64,000 nt of DNA, from positions 512,001-576,000 of the forward strand of contig JAXHNB010000006.1 of assembly GCA_034520945.1 (NCBI GenBank), written 5' to 3'. A program made the position numbers and the translations under genes. The notes under the pieces are model-generated. The model did no database searches. It was not told the origin of the DNA and worked only from the letters and a program-made list of their open reading frames with translations. Origin of the DNA: Trueperaceae bacterium. Its GTDB lineage: Bacteria > Deinococcota > Deinococci > Deinococcales > Trueperaceae. This document shows positions 20,146 to 30,751 of this stretch, piece after piece. Position 1 is the stretch's first letter. Each line of letters starts with the position of its first letter.

Positions 20146-21288
20146 GTGCCGAACGTGATCACGGGTAGGTGGCGCCACGCGCTGCTCCTGGCGCTGGCGA
20201 TGGCGTGCGCCGGGTTGGCGCCGCAGGCGCTGGGCGCGCCCACCGTTCGGGTGTTGTTGGCCGAGGGGCTCGACGCCGTCGACGTCCGGGTGGACGGCGC
20301 CCACGAGGTGCGCAGCCCCCGCGGCCGGGCCCGAACCGATTTCGCGTTGGCGTGGCCGCTCCGGGCGGCCGACGGCGAGGTCGCCACCGCGGAGCGGCAC
20401 GCCGGCGCATGGGTGGAGCTCCACCCGGAGGCCGGCACGGTTCGCTTTGGCGGGCGGTCGTACCGGGGCGCGCTGCGGATCGAGGCGGCAGGCGGCGGGC
20501 TTCGGGTCGTGAACCTCGTCGGCCTCGAAGCCTACCTGCGCGGGGTGGTGCCCGCCGAGATGAAGGCGCTGTGGCCGGTGGAGGCGCTCAAGGCGCAGGC
20601 GGTGGCGGCGCGGAGCTACACCCTGGCCCAGCTGGACCCGGCGGCGCCGTGGGACGTGTGCGCCAGCGACGCCTGCCAGGTCTACAGCGGGATCCAGGCC
20701 GAGCACCCGCGCAGCGACCGCGCCGTGCGCGACACCGAAGGGATCGTGATCTCGTATGGCGGCGCGCCGGCGGTGGCGTACTACCACGCCGACTCCGGCG
20801 GCGTGGTGGCGTCCAGCGCCGAGGTGTGGGGGCGCGCGCTGCCGTACCTGGTGTCCCGCACCGACGTCGACGCCGCCAGTCCGCACCGCGGCTGGACGGT
20901 CACGCTCGAGCCCGCCGCCCTTGCCCGCGCCTTGGCCGAGGAGGGACGAACGGTCGGGACGCCGACCTCGCTCGCGGTGACGCGGCACGGGCCCTCACGG
21001 CGCGCCGCGGCGGCGGTGGTGACGGGCAGCGCGGGCAAGATCGTCCTCGACGGGAGGGTGCTCACCCGCGTCCTGCGCGCCGCGGGCCTCAGGTCGACGC
21101 AGATCGTGTCGCTGGGTGGGCTGCGCGTTCGCGGCGACGGCTGGGGGCACGGCGTCGGCATGAGCCAGTACGGCGCCCGGGCGCTGGCGCAGGCGGGCCA
21201 CGACTACGGCCAGATCCTGGCGTTCTACTACCCGGGGGTGGGCCTGCAGCGCCGCGTGTACCGCGCGGCCGACGCCACGTCGCCGTGA
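20146..21288 (+). CDS. SpoIID/LytB-domain lytic transglycosylase
   Basis: LEAYLRGVVPAEM..WPVEALKAQAVAARSY, CQVY, GWGHGVGMSQYGA. Confidence 0.9.
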   Translation: MPNVITGRWRHALLLALAMACAGLAPQALGAPTVRVLLAEGLDAVDVRVDGAHEVRSPRGRARTDFALAWPLRAADGEVATAERHAGAWVELHPEAGTVRFGGRSYRGALRIEAAGGGLRVVNLVGLEAYLRGVVPAEMKALWPVEALKAQAVAARSYTLAQLDPAAPWDVCASDACQVYSGIQAEHPRSDRAVRDTEGIVISYGGAPAVAYYHADSGGVVASSAEVWGRALPYLVSRTDVDAASPHRGWTVTLEPAALARALAEEGRTVGTPTSLAVTRHGPSRRAAAAVVTGSAGKIVLDGRVLTRVLRAAGLRSTQIVSLGGLRVRGDGWGHGVGMSQYGARALAQAGHDYGQILAFYYPGVGLQRRVYRAADATSP

Positions 21289-21291
21289 GGG

Positions 21292-21609
21292 TCAGGGCGT
21301 GCGCCCGCGCGCCAGCCGGACCGCCTGCATGACCTCCTCGACGTCGGCGCGTCCCTCGCGAAGGTCGGCCTGGCAGCGCTCCAGGTAGCCGGCGAGGACG
21401 GCGTCGCCGGTCGCGTCCAGCGCGCTGCGCACGCCGGCCAGCAGCGTCAGGATCTCGTGGCAGGCGCGTTCCTCCTCGATCATGCGTTGCAGGCCGCGCA
21501 CCTGGCCCTCCAACCGCTTCAGGCGGTTCAGGATGCGCCGCTTCTCGGGCGCGTCCAGGTTCAGGCGGGGCGCGGCGTCCTCCTGTGGGGGCGCCTCGTC
21601 GCGGGTCAT
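21292..21609 (-). CDS. CsoR/RcnR/CstR-family repressor
   Basis: [39 protein letters not shown]...YLERC; ATGA overlap with upstream gene. Confidence 0.88.
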   Translation of the reverse strand: MTRDEAPPQEDAAPRLNLDAPEKRRILNRLKRLEGQVRGLQRMIEEERACHEILTLLAGVRSALDATGDAVLAGYLERCQADLREGRADVEEVMQAVRLARGRTP

Positions 21610-22088
21610 CGCGCGGTCCCGTGCGGCAGGCGGTCCTTGAGCACGCCGTAGGTCCAGGTGCCCGCCACGGCGCCCACCAGGACCACCAGGAAGGCGGGGA
21701 GCCCTGCGCCGATGAGCGCCAGGATCGGGCCCGGACAGGCACCCACCAACGCCCAGCCCAGGCCGAACGCCGTGCCGCCCAGCGCGTAGCGTGGCCACGT
21801 CCGGTCCTTGTCCGGCAAGTGAATCGGTTGCCCGTCGCGGGCGCGCGCCCCGAAGCGCCGCATCGCCCATACCGACAGGGCGGCCACCAGCACCGCGGCC
21901 CCGATGACGCCGTACATGTGGAAGCTCTGGAAGCGGAACATCTCCTGGATGCGGTACCACGAGGCGATCTCGCTACGGATGGCGACGAAGCCAAAGGCGG
22001 TCCCGGCCGCCAGGTAGGGGAGCAGGGTCACCGCCGAGGTTGCGGCGGCGCGTGGTGGGGTGGGGGACGTCGTACGTGCGGATTGCAT
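21606..22088 (-). CDS. YeeE/YedE-family sulfur-compound transporter subunit
   Basis: [18 protein letters not shown] and [14 protein letters not shown] motifs. Confidence 0.85.
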   Translation of the reverse strand: MQSARTTSPTPPRAAATSAVTLLPYLAAGTAFGFVAIRSEIASWYRIQEMFRFQSFHMYGVIGAAVLVAALSVWAMRRFGARARDGQPIHLPDKDRTWPRYALGGTAFGLGWALVGACPGPILALIGAGLPAFLVVLVGAVAGTWTYGVLKDRLPHGTAR

Positions 22089-22109
22089 GGCGGACCTCCG
22101 AAACAGGGG

Positions 22110-22666
<557 letters not shown>

Positions 22667-22673
<7 letters not shown>

Positions 22674-22686
22674 GGGGGGTACCCTA
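22667..22686 (-). promoter_or_regulatory. CsoR-type operator overlapping the leaderless start of the yeeE operon
   Basis: Minus strand TAGGGTACCCCCCATGGGTA: TACCC...GGGTA inverted repeat around a C6 tract, spanning the edge of the -10 box and the ATG. Confidence 0.7.
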
Positions 22687-22745
22687 CACGACCGGCGGCA
22701 GCGAGGCAAGGGACGGTGCGACGCCCCACCTGATACACTGCAGAC

Positions 22746-23060
22746 GTGGGTTCTGGTCGTGTCCCACAGGTGAATCATGTGCGCCATCTGGTCGTCATCA
22801 GCGTGGCGTCGTTCGGCCTGCCTCTGCTACAGCGGGCGGCCACCGACCTCGGCGGCCTGCGCACGCCCCCGCGGGTCGCGGCACTCCTGTTGGTGGCGTG
22901 CATTCTGGCCTCGATCCTGAACGCGCGCACCGGCCGCGGCCGACGCACGCCGTCCACGCCGCAGCCGCCGCCCGCGGAGACGCCGCCCGCGGAGACGCCT
23001 GCCTACGAGGCGCCCGCCCTGGAAGCCCCCTCTAGCGGAGGGACCCGTGCGGGCGTATAG
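22746..23060 (+). CDS. Small hypothetical membrane protein with a Pro-rich tail
   Basis: Two hydrophobic segments; TACACT 6 nt upstream of [13 protein letters not shown] repeat. Confidence 0.45.
   Translation: MGSGRVPQVNHVRHLVVISVASFGLPLLQRAATDLGGLRTPPRVAALLLVACILASILNARTGRGRRTPSTPQPPPAETPPAETPAYEAPALEAPSSGGTRAGV
22968..22997 (+). repeat. 15-bp tandem duplication
   Basis: CCGCCCGCGGAGACG x2. Confidence 0.85.
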
Positions 23061-23247
23061 GGGCATCGTCGATCGCGGCGTGGTCCGCCTCGAGGAGGGC
23101 GTCCGACTCCCCGAGGGGGCGGTGGTGACCGTCACCGTGAGCGAAGCCGAACTGATGCGCGCCGCGCTCCGCTCGGCGCTCAGACGAAACGCGCGCCGGC
23201 GAAGCCGCGCGCGCCCGCGGCCGACGCCCGTCGGCAGCGGCGCGTGA
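23047..23247 (+). CDS. Small AbrB/DUF104-like protein
   Basis: [29 protein letters not shown] beta-hairpin pattern; SD GGAGG; GTGA overlap with rsmI. Confidence 0.65.
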   Translation: MRAYRGIVDRGVVRLEEGVRLPEGAVVTVTVSEAELMRAALRSALRRNARRRSRARPRPTPVGSGA

Positions 23248-24095
23248 ACCGACTGGTCCTCGTCCCCACGCCGATCGGAAACCTGGACGACATCACCCTG
23301 CGGGCGCTCGACGTCCTCCGCGACGCCGAGGTGATCGCCGCGGAGGACACGCGCCGCAGCGGCGGGCTGCTGGCGCACCACGGCATCACCACCCCCCTGG
23401 TGCGCCTGGACGCGCACACGGCCCGGAGCCGCGGCCCCGCCATCCTGGCCAAGCACGAACGCGTCGCGTACGTCAGCGACGCCGGCTCGCCCGGGGTGAG
23501 CGACCCCGGCGCCGAACTGGTCCGGCTGGCGCTGGCGCAGGGCGCGCAGGTCGAAGCGCTCCCGGGCGCCACGGCGTTCGTGCCGGCCTTGGTGCTGTCG
23601 GGCCTGCCGGTCGCGCGCTTCACCTTCGAAGGGTTCCTCCCCCGCAAGGGGGGCGACCGCACCCGCCGCATGGGCCGCATCGCCCAGCGCGACCACCCCA
23701 CCGTCCTGTACGAGTCGCCGCACCGGCTGGCGGCGACACTGGACGACGCCGCGGGCGCATGCGGGGGCACGCGCGCGGCGAGCGTCAGCCGCGAACTCAC
23801 CAAGCGCTTCGAACAGACCGTCCGCGGCAGCCTGGCCGAACTGGCCGCCTGGGCCCACGCCCACCCCCCGCGCGGCGAGATCGTGGTCGTGATCGGCCCG
23901 AGCGAAGGCACGGACGTCGGCGTGGACGTGGACGCCAGCGAGGCGCGCCGCGACGCGGCCGACACCGCCGCGCGCCTCGCCTCGGCCGGCGTGCGGGGCC
24001 GCACCTTGGCCGACGCGTTGCGGGCGCTCGGCGTACCGCGCAACGAGGCGTACCGGGCAGCGCAGGAGGCGGACCGAAGCCCCGGCGCAGGCTGA
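23244..24095 (+). CDS. rsmI: 16S rRNA C1402 2'-O-methyltransferase
   Basis: VPTPIGNLDDITLRAL, AEDTR, SDAGSPGVSDPG, YESPHR, RELTK..E. Confidence 0.95.
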   Translation: MNRLVLVPTPIGNLDDITLRALDVLRDAEVIAAEDTRRSGGLLAHHGITTPLVRLDAHTARSRGPAILAKHERVAYVSDAGSPGVSDPGAELVRLALAQGAQVEALPGATAFVPALVLSGLPVARFTFEGFLPRKGGDRTRRMGRIAQRDHPTVLYESPHRLAATLDDAAGACGGTRAASVSRELTKRFEQTVRGSLAELAAWAHAHPPRGEIVVVIGPSEGTDVGVDVDASEARRDAADTAARLASAGVRGRTLADALRALGVPRNEAYRAAQEADRSPGAG

Positions 24096-24250
24096 GCCCA
24101 CGCCGCGCCGGCCACGGTAGGCCGACGTGCCGTGCGGCACGCCCCGCCCTGCTATCCTCCGCGGGTGGCTGCAGCACGGCGGCTGGCGGGCACGCCCGCC
24201 GCGGCCGGCGGCACCCGTGAGCCGGCACCACTTCCAGGCGAGGAACCCTC

Positions 24251-27200
24251 ATGTCCGATCCGCACGTTCGAAACGCCGACGCACCCGCGGCCGACGCGGC
24301 CGGCGCCGCGCCCCCAAGCACGGGCGCCGCGTCCGTGGCGCCGCCGGTCCGCCTCTCAGGCCTTCCGCAGGTGGCCCGGCTGGCGCACTTCGCGCGGCAC
24401 GACGGCCCGGCCGTGCTGCTCACCACCGACGAGCGTCGCGACCGCTTCGGGGACGCCGGCCTGTTCGGGGTGGCGTGCTCGGTCGATCCCGACGTCGACG
24501 AATGGACCACGCGGGCCGACAAGGTGATCCTGAGCCTGCCGCACGCGCTGCGCCCCTTCCCGCGCCGGCCCGAGCAGTACCGCCTGTCGTTCGCGCTGGG
24601 CAGCGCCTACCCGCGCGACCAACTGCTGGACACGCTGGCGTCGTACGGCTACCCACGGGACGACGCCCCCGGCGTGCAGGTCCAGGGCGACGGCGTCAGC
24701 GTGCTGCTGTCGGACGATCCGGACGGGCCGCGCCTGCGGCTCGGGTTTTTCGGCGACGACCTGGACGAGATCCGCGTCGATGGCCGCGAAGCCGAGGCCT
24801 ACGTCCTCTCGCCGCGCCGCGACGCCCCGCTGTTCGACGAGGAGGGCGCCTGGGAGGCCCGCGTCCTCGAGGCGCTCCCCGGCACCGTGTTCCTGGACGT
24901 TCCCGAGCTGTACGCCGGCTCCGCCTCGGAGGCGGACGCCGCCTGGCTGTGGCAGCACCTGGGCGGGCGCGAGGTGGTGTCGTTCGGTCGCGATCCGCTG
25001 GAGCTCCCCACGGGAGACCCGCACTACGACCACGCTTCCGTACTACCGGGGCCGCTTGAGCGAGTTCGCGGCCGACGCCTCGGGCTGGCTCCGGGACGGC
25101 TACGCCGTCACCTTGGCCTTGCGCTTCGAGCGGACGGGACGCTACCTGTCCGAGCGGGTGCTGGATCAGTTGGAGGTGCGTTGGGGCAGCCGGGTGTCGG
25201 ACCGCGCCGGCACGCTGACGCTGGTGCTCGGCGGCCAGCTCGAGGGGGGCTACCGCAATGATGCGCGCCGCGAGATCGTCCTCACCGAGGAGCTGCTGTA
25301 CGGCCATCAGGGCGGCCGCAAGCTGCGGCGGCTGCCGGGCCGCTCGGTGCAGGATCCGAACGCGCTGAGCGTCGGCGACTACCTGATTCACCCCGACCAC
25401 GGCGTCGGCTCGTTCCAGGGCCTCGAGTCGCGCCAGGTCCTCGGCGTCGCGCGCGACTACCTGCGACTGCACTACGCGGGCGAGGGCAAGCTGTTCCTGC
25501 CGGTCGATCAGCTGCCGCTGTTGCGGCGCCACCCCGGCACCAGCGACGTGCCGCCCAAACTGTCGACGCTGGGCACCAACGAGTGGGCCCGCGCCAAGGA
25601 GCGCGCCCGCGTCAGCGCTCAGGAGCTGGCCGCCGAACTGATCAAGACCTACGCCAAGCGCCAGGTCAGCGAAGGCACCGCGCACCCGCCGCAGCCCGAG
25701 TGGAACCCGTTGATCGAGAAGAACTTCCCGTTCCAACTGACGCCGGACCAGGCCACCGCCGTGCGCGACGTGCTGGCCGACATGGAGAAGGACATCCCCA
25801 TGGACCGGCTGATCAGCGGCGACGTCGGGTTCGGCAAGACCGAGATCGCCATCCGCGCGGCCCTCCGGGCGGTGGCCAACGGGCACCAGGCCGCCATGCT
25901 GGTCCCCACCACCGTGCTCGCCAAGCAGCACTACGACACCTTCACCGAGCGGTTCGACGGCCTGCCGGTCGAGGTGGCGATCCTGTCGCGGTTCAGCCGC
26001 GAACGCGACGCCCGCGCCACCCTCCAGGGCCTGCGCGACGGCACCGTCGACATCGTGATCGGCACCCACCGGCTCCTCAACGAGGAGATCCGCTACCGCG
26101 ACCTGGGCGTGCTGATCGTGGACGAGGAGCACCGCTTCGGCGTGGCGCAGAAGGAGACCCTCAAGGCGTTGCGCGCCAATCTGGACGTGCTATCCCTGTC
26201 GGCGACGCCGATCCCCCGCACCCTCTACATGAGCCTGGTGGGCCTGCGCGACGTCAGCCAGATCATGACGCCGCCCGAGGGCCGCAAGCCGATTCAGACG
26301 GTGCTGCAACCCTACGACCCGATGGTGGTCCGCGAAGCCGTCCTGCACGAGCTGGAGCGGGGCGGCAAGACCTACTACATCCACGACCGCATCGGCTCGA
26401 TGGGCATGCGGGCGCACACGCTGCAGCAGCTGGTGCCCGAAGCCCGCATCGGCGTCGCGCACGGGCAGATGGACGCCGCCGAACTCGAAGAGGTCATGCT
26501 GGGCTTCGAGGAGGGCGCCTTCGACGTCCTCCTGGCGACCACCATCGTCGAGTCCGGCCTGGACATCAGCGGGGCCAACACGTTGATCATCGAACGGGCC
26601 GACCGGCTGGGCCTGGCCCAGCTGTACCAGCTGCGCGGCCGCGTCGGCCGGCGCGAGACCGAGGCGTGGGCGTACCTGCTGTACCCGGGACGGTTGACGG
26701 AACAGGCGCAACGCCGCCTGTACGCCATCGCCGAACTGAACGACCTGGGCTCCGGGCACCTGCTGGCGGAGAAGGACATGGAGATCCGCGGCGTCGGCAA
26801 CCTGCTGGGGCCCGAACAGCACGGCAACATCAGCGCCGTGTCGATGGAGGTGTACACCGAGCTGCTGGCCGAGGAGGTCGCCAAGCTCAAGGGCGAGCAG
26901 CAGGAGGAGGCGCGACCCCCCGTCGCGTTGGACCTGAACGTGGACGCCCGCCTCACGCCCGCCTACCTCCCCGACGATGACGAGCGCATCGCCACCTACG
27001 GCCGCCTGGCCGAAGCGTCGGGCCTGGCGGAGGTGAGCCGCATCGCGCGTGAGCTGCGCGAGGCGCGCGGCCCCTTCCCGCCGGAGGTATCGGCCTTCCT
27101 GGAGCTGGTCAAGCTGCGGCTGGTGGCATCGTCCAAGGGGGTCGCCTCCATCGCGGAGCACATGACCGACGTGCAGGTGTCGTTCCACGCCGCCTTCGAC

Positions 27201-27350
27201 CAGCTGGACTACGACCCGCGCAAGCTGCGCGAGCTGCCGTTCAAGGTCGAGGCGACGCGCTACCCGCCCGGCTTCTCGGTCCGCAAGCGGGAGCTGTCCT
27301 CGTCCGATCTGCCCAAGGCGTTGCAGCGGTTGTTGTACCTGGTGGGGTAG
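24251..27350 (+). pseudogene. mfd: Transcription-repair coupling factor Mfd, split by a frameshift near 25000-25030 (real or assembly error)
   Basis: N-terminal part in ORF 24251 reads to ..[14 protein letters not shown]; continues in ORF 24780 frame TTLPYYRG.. with CarD-like [25 protein letters not shown] and TRCF tail. Confidence 0.88.
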
Positions 27351-27420
27351 GGCCGGCACGCCGGGGCGCCCGCCGCGGGCCCGGTCGCGGCGTCACCGTT
27401 CGGCGCCACGCGGCATGCAA

Positions 27421-27455
27421 GAGGCCGGGGCCCGCACGTAGCGGGCCCCGGCCTC
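27421..27455. terminator. Hairpin terminator between convergent mfd and OMP gene
   Basis: GAGGCCGGGGCCCGC-ACGTA-GCGGGCCCCGGCCTC 15-bp stem; second stem at about 27466-27492. Confidence 0.75.
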
Positions 27456-27502
27456 GTTCGCCTCGGCCGGTCGGCCGTGGCGACCGACCGGCTCGGATCG
27501 AC

Positions 27503-27955
27503 TCAGAAGTGGTAGTTCACGCCCAGGCGCGCGTCGGCGCCGAAGCCGTCGCTGTTGCCGAACGACAGGACCGGGCCGACTTCGAAGAACACGCCGAGTT
27601 CGGGCACGCCGACGTCCACCAGCCGGTACTCGGCGCCGCCGAGGGCCTTGACCGAGAAGGTGCCGTCGAACGCAGCGCCGACGCCACCGCCGACGTAGAC
27701 GTCGACCGGTGCGCCGTCAAGATCGAGATCCAGGCCGTACAGCGCATCCACGCCGAACGACGCCGTGCCCAGCACGTAGGTGTAGCCGAGGTTGGCGCGC
27801 ACGTCGAGGTTCTGCACGACGTTCTCGACGCCGAAGTGCACGCTGGCGCCCGGGAAGCCGCCGCTGAGGCCGGCCCACATGCCTTGTTGTTGGGCGAACG
27901 CCACGCCGCCGGAAAGGACGAGGGCGGCCAGCAGACTGAGGAGCAGTTTCCGCAT
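27503..27955 (-). CDS. Small outer-membrane beta-barrel protein
   Basis: Signal peptide MRKLLLSLLAALVLSGGVAFA; alternating amphipathic strands; C-terminal ARLGVNYHF beta-signal; SD GGAGG. Confidence 0.8.
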   Translation of the reverse strand: MRKLLLSLLAALVLSGGVAFAQQQGMWAGLSGGFPGASVHFGVENVVQNLDVRANLGYTYVLGTASFGVDALYGLDLDLDGAPVDVYVGGGVGAAFDGTFSVKALGGAEYRLVDVGVPELGVFFEVGPVLSFGNSDGFGADARLGVNYHF

Positions 27956-28016
27956 GAGGTTCCTCCAAAGGGGAAGACGAGATTCAGGACGCAGGTTGGG
28001 CGCCCCGTCTGCGGGC

Positions 28017-28045
28017 AATGTAGCACAGGCCCGCAACGCCGGCAA
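28017..28045 (-). promoter_or_regulatory. Sigma70-type promoter of the OMP gene
   Basis: Minus strand TTGCCG-17 nt-TACATT, with TG extended -10. Confidence 0.55.
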
Positions 28046-28096
28046 GTACGGAATTTCGCATCGGAACCGATGGAGACGGCGTTTCTTGCGCCCACG

Positions 28097-28447
28097 TCAC
28101 TCGCTGCGGCTGCGCTCCGACCAGCGCCGTCGCGCGTCGCGGCGGCGCGGCGTGGCGCGGTTGCATGGCGGCACGTCGCCGTGCCGGTCGCGGTGCGCTG
28201 CGATCGCCTCGGCCTCGTCGGCCTGAGGCACGCGGCTCGGCGCCATGCGCCAGAAGGCGGCATGCTCGGCGATGCAGCCGCCCGCGCTCAGGTGCTGGCG
28301 AATGCGGGTGGGCACGTCCCGGGCGGACTGCCCGATGTACACGGTCCGCCGCCTCGCGTCCGCCAACTCGTACAGGCCGGGCAGGGGATCCCGGCCCCGC
28401 GGGGCGGGCAGCGTGCGCAACGGTCGCCAACGCGCGAAGATCGGCAT
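28097..28447 (-). CDS. Stand-alone GIY-YIG-like nuclease domain protein
   Basis: GLYEL...VYIGQS...RIRQH...E...PPCN matches GIY-YIG motif order. Confidence 0.7.
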   Translation of the reverse strand: MPIFARWRPLRTLPAPRGRDPLPGLYELADARRRTVYIGQSARDVPTRIRQHLSAGGCIAEHAAFWRMAPSRVPQADEAEAIAAHRDRHGDVPPCNRATPRRRDARRRWSERSRSE

Positions 28448-28457
28448 GCACTCGCGC

Positions 28458-29495
28458 TCAGGGCTGGTAGCCCAGCTCGCGCAGGGCTTCTGGGTCCATG
28501 CGCCAGTCGTGCCGCACCACCACTTCGAGGTCCAGGAACACCTTGGTGTCCAGGAAGATCTCGAGCTGCTTGCGGGCGCCGCGGCCGATCTCGCGGATCA
28601 TCCGGCCGCCGTGGCCGATCGCGATGGGGCGGTGTTGGCGCTTCTCGACCCAGAGTTCGGCCTGGATCACCAGCGGGCTGCCGCGGTCCGGGTCCGGATC
28701 CACCCAGTCCGTCACGCGCACCGCCACGGCGTACGGCAGCTCCTGGTACAGGCGCGACATGGCGCTTTCACGAATCAGCTCGGCCACCCACCGTTCGCGG
28801 CTCTGGTCGCTCCTGAGCGTGTCCGGGAAGAAGAACGGGGCGTCCGGCAGGACGTCCAGCAGATCGCTGCGGAGGTCGTACACCGCGCGCGGATCGGCCA
28901 GCGCCGACAGGGCGTACCGGCGATGGATCCGCGGCGAGAGGTCGCCGTACAGGTCCATGGCCTCGTCCGGGTACTTGGCGACGTCGACCTTGTTGCCGAC
29001 CAGGTAGACGGGCGTGTTCGGGTCCAGGCCCTCCAGCATGCGCGCCACCTCGCGGTCCTCGTCGCCCGGTGGGCGCCGCAGGTCCACGACCCACAAAATC
29101 ACCTCGACGTCGGTGACCGCGTCGCGGATCTCGCGCGCCATGTAGTCGTCCAGCGCGGTCCGGCCCTGGTGCATGCCGGGCGTGTCGACGAACACCAGCT
29201 GCCGGCTGGTGGCCACGTCGGTGTAGATGCCGCGAACGCCCTGCCGCGTGGTCTGCGGCTTGGCGCTGATCGGCGCCACCTTGACGCCCAGCATGGTGTT
29301 CAAAAGCGTGGACTTGCCCACGTTGGGCTTCCCGACGATCGCCACGAATCCGGCGCGCGCCGCGCCCTCGGGGGGCTCGGCGTCGGTGGCCGACTGCACC
29401 GTGTCGGCGTCGGAGGGTGCCTCAAAGGATGGTTCGTGCGGTGAATGGACGTCCGGGCCGGTGCGGCCGGCGTCCTCGTCAGCGAAGTCGTGCAC
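28458..29495 (-). CDS. era: GTPase Era
   Basis: [25 protein letters not shown]-terminal KH domain; SD GGAGG. Confidence 0.95.
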   Translation of the reverse strand: MHDFADEDAGRTGPDVHSPHEPSFEAPSDADTVQSATDAEPPEGAARAGFVAIVGKPNVGKSTLLNTMLGVKVAPISAKPQTTRQGVRGIYTDVATSRQLVFVDTPGMHQGRTALDDYMAREIRDAVTDVEVILWVVDLRRPPGDEDREVARMLEGLDPNTPVYLVGNKVDVAKYPDEAMDLYGDLSPRIHRRYALSALADPRAVYDLRSDLLDVLPDAPFFFPDTLRSDQSRERWVAELIRESAMSRLYQELPYAVAVRVTDWVDPDPDRGSPLVIQAELWVEKRQHRPIAIGHGGRMIREIGRGARKQLEIFLDTKVFLDLEVVVRHDWRMDPEALRELGYQP

Positions 29496-29560
29496 GACTT
29501 CCTCCCGTCTGCGCCTGGCCGTGGGCGTGCGCTACGCCTCATGACGTAGGACCCAAGACG

Positions 29561-29583
29561 AAGGGCCCCGGATCGGGGCCCCT
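29561..29583 (-). terminator. Hairpin downstream of tRNA-fMet
   Basis: GGGCCCCG-GAT-CGGGGCCC stem. Confidence 0.55.
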
Positions 29584-29592
29584 CGCGGCGGT

Positions 29593-29669
<77 letters not shown>

Positions 29670-29683
29670 GCGGCGCAAAGAAA

Positions 29684-29713
29684 AGTATAGAGCATGCGGC
29701 TGCCCTTCGTCAA
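29684..29713 (-). promoter_or_regulatory. Near-consensus sigma70 promoter of tRNA-fMet
   Basis: TTGACG-18 nt-TATACT on the minus strand. Confidence 0.75.
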
Positions 29714-29720
29714 GCTGCCG

Positions 29721-30720
29721 CATTGACTCAAATAGAATCGTACCGAAGGGGTCTTGGATGACTCATAAGTAATTCCGACCGTGGAGGTTGCGTCATGAAA
29801 AAAAACGGGTGGGTTGTCCGTGACCAGCAAACGTGAGTACGTGAAGACCATGCGCAAGCGGTATGGGGCAGCTTCCGGCCGCAAGGAGCGCAGCGACCTG
29901 CTCGACGAGCTGGTGAACGTGGCGGGCTACACCCGGAAGCACGCGATCAGCCTGATGAACCAACGCACGCCCAGGAAGCCCACAAGCCGGGGGAAGCGGA
30001 CGGGACGGCCGCGCGCCTACCGGCACTGCCTGGCGGCCGTGGAGGTCCTCTGGGAGACGCTGGACTACTGTTGCGCACAACGGTTGCACCCGCAACTCGT
30101 GCCGCTCGCTGAGACCCTCGCGCGGCACGGCGAGCTCGAACTGCCACGCGAGGTGCGCGAGGAACTCGCGCTGATCAGCCGCGCGACGCTGGCGCGCCGG
30201 TTACGTGAACTGCCCCGCCGGAAACCCAAGCCGCTGCTGTCCGGGCAGCACCCCAGTCGCCTGTTGAAGTCGCAAGTGCCGGTCGATCGCTACCGCTGGA
30301 ACGAACACCGGCCCGGCGCGCTCGAGGTGGACCTCGTGGAGCACAGCGGGGGCCGTGCGGGCGGTCATCACGCCTACACCCTCTCCGTCGTCGATGTCGT
30401 CAGCGCCTGGAGTCACCGCCGCGCCGTGATGGGCAAGAGCCAAGCCGCCGTCCAGGAGGCCCTCACGGCCCTCCTGAGGGCCTGGCCGACGCACGTGTGG
30501 GCGTTGCACAGCGACAACGGCAACGAGTTCCTCAGTGCCCACCTGATCCGTCACTGCGAGGCGACAGGCATCGCGTACCACCGCAGCCGGCCGTACCGGA
30601 AGAACGACAACGCGCACGTGGAACAGAAGAACCGGCAACTCGTCCGCGAGATCGTCGGGTACGAACGGATCGACACGCCCACAGGCTTGCAGTGGCTGAA
30701 CCGCATCTACGACGTGCTCT
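29721..30720 (+). mobile_element. Truncated insertion sequence (DDE/rve-type transposase, family not assigned)
   Basis: AT-richer left end with three TG(A/C)(C/G)TCA-centred iterations, then transposase; C-terminal part and right end missing. Confidence 0.8.
29795..30720 (+). pseudogene. DDE transposase, 3'-truncated; SD-preceded ATG out of frame at an A8 tract
   Basis: EVDLVEHSG, HSDNGNEF, RSRPYRKNDNAHVEQKN catalytic motifs; transposase-like sequence ends at about RIYDVL; ORF then runs into antisense pdp. Confidence 0.8.
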
Positions 30721-30751
30721 TCGTAGAGCTGCGCCGGCGGGTCGGGGGGAT

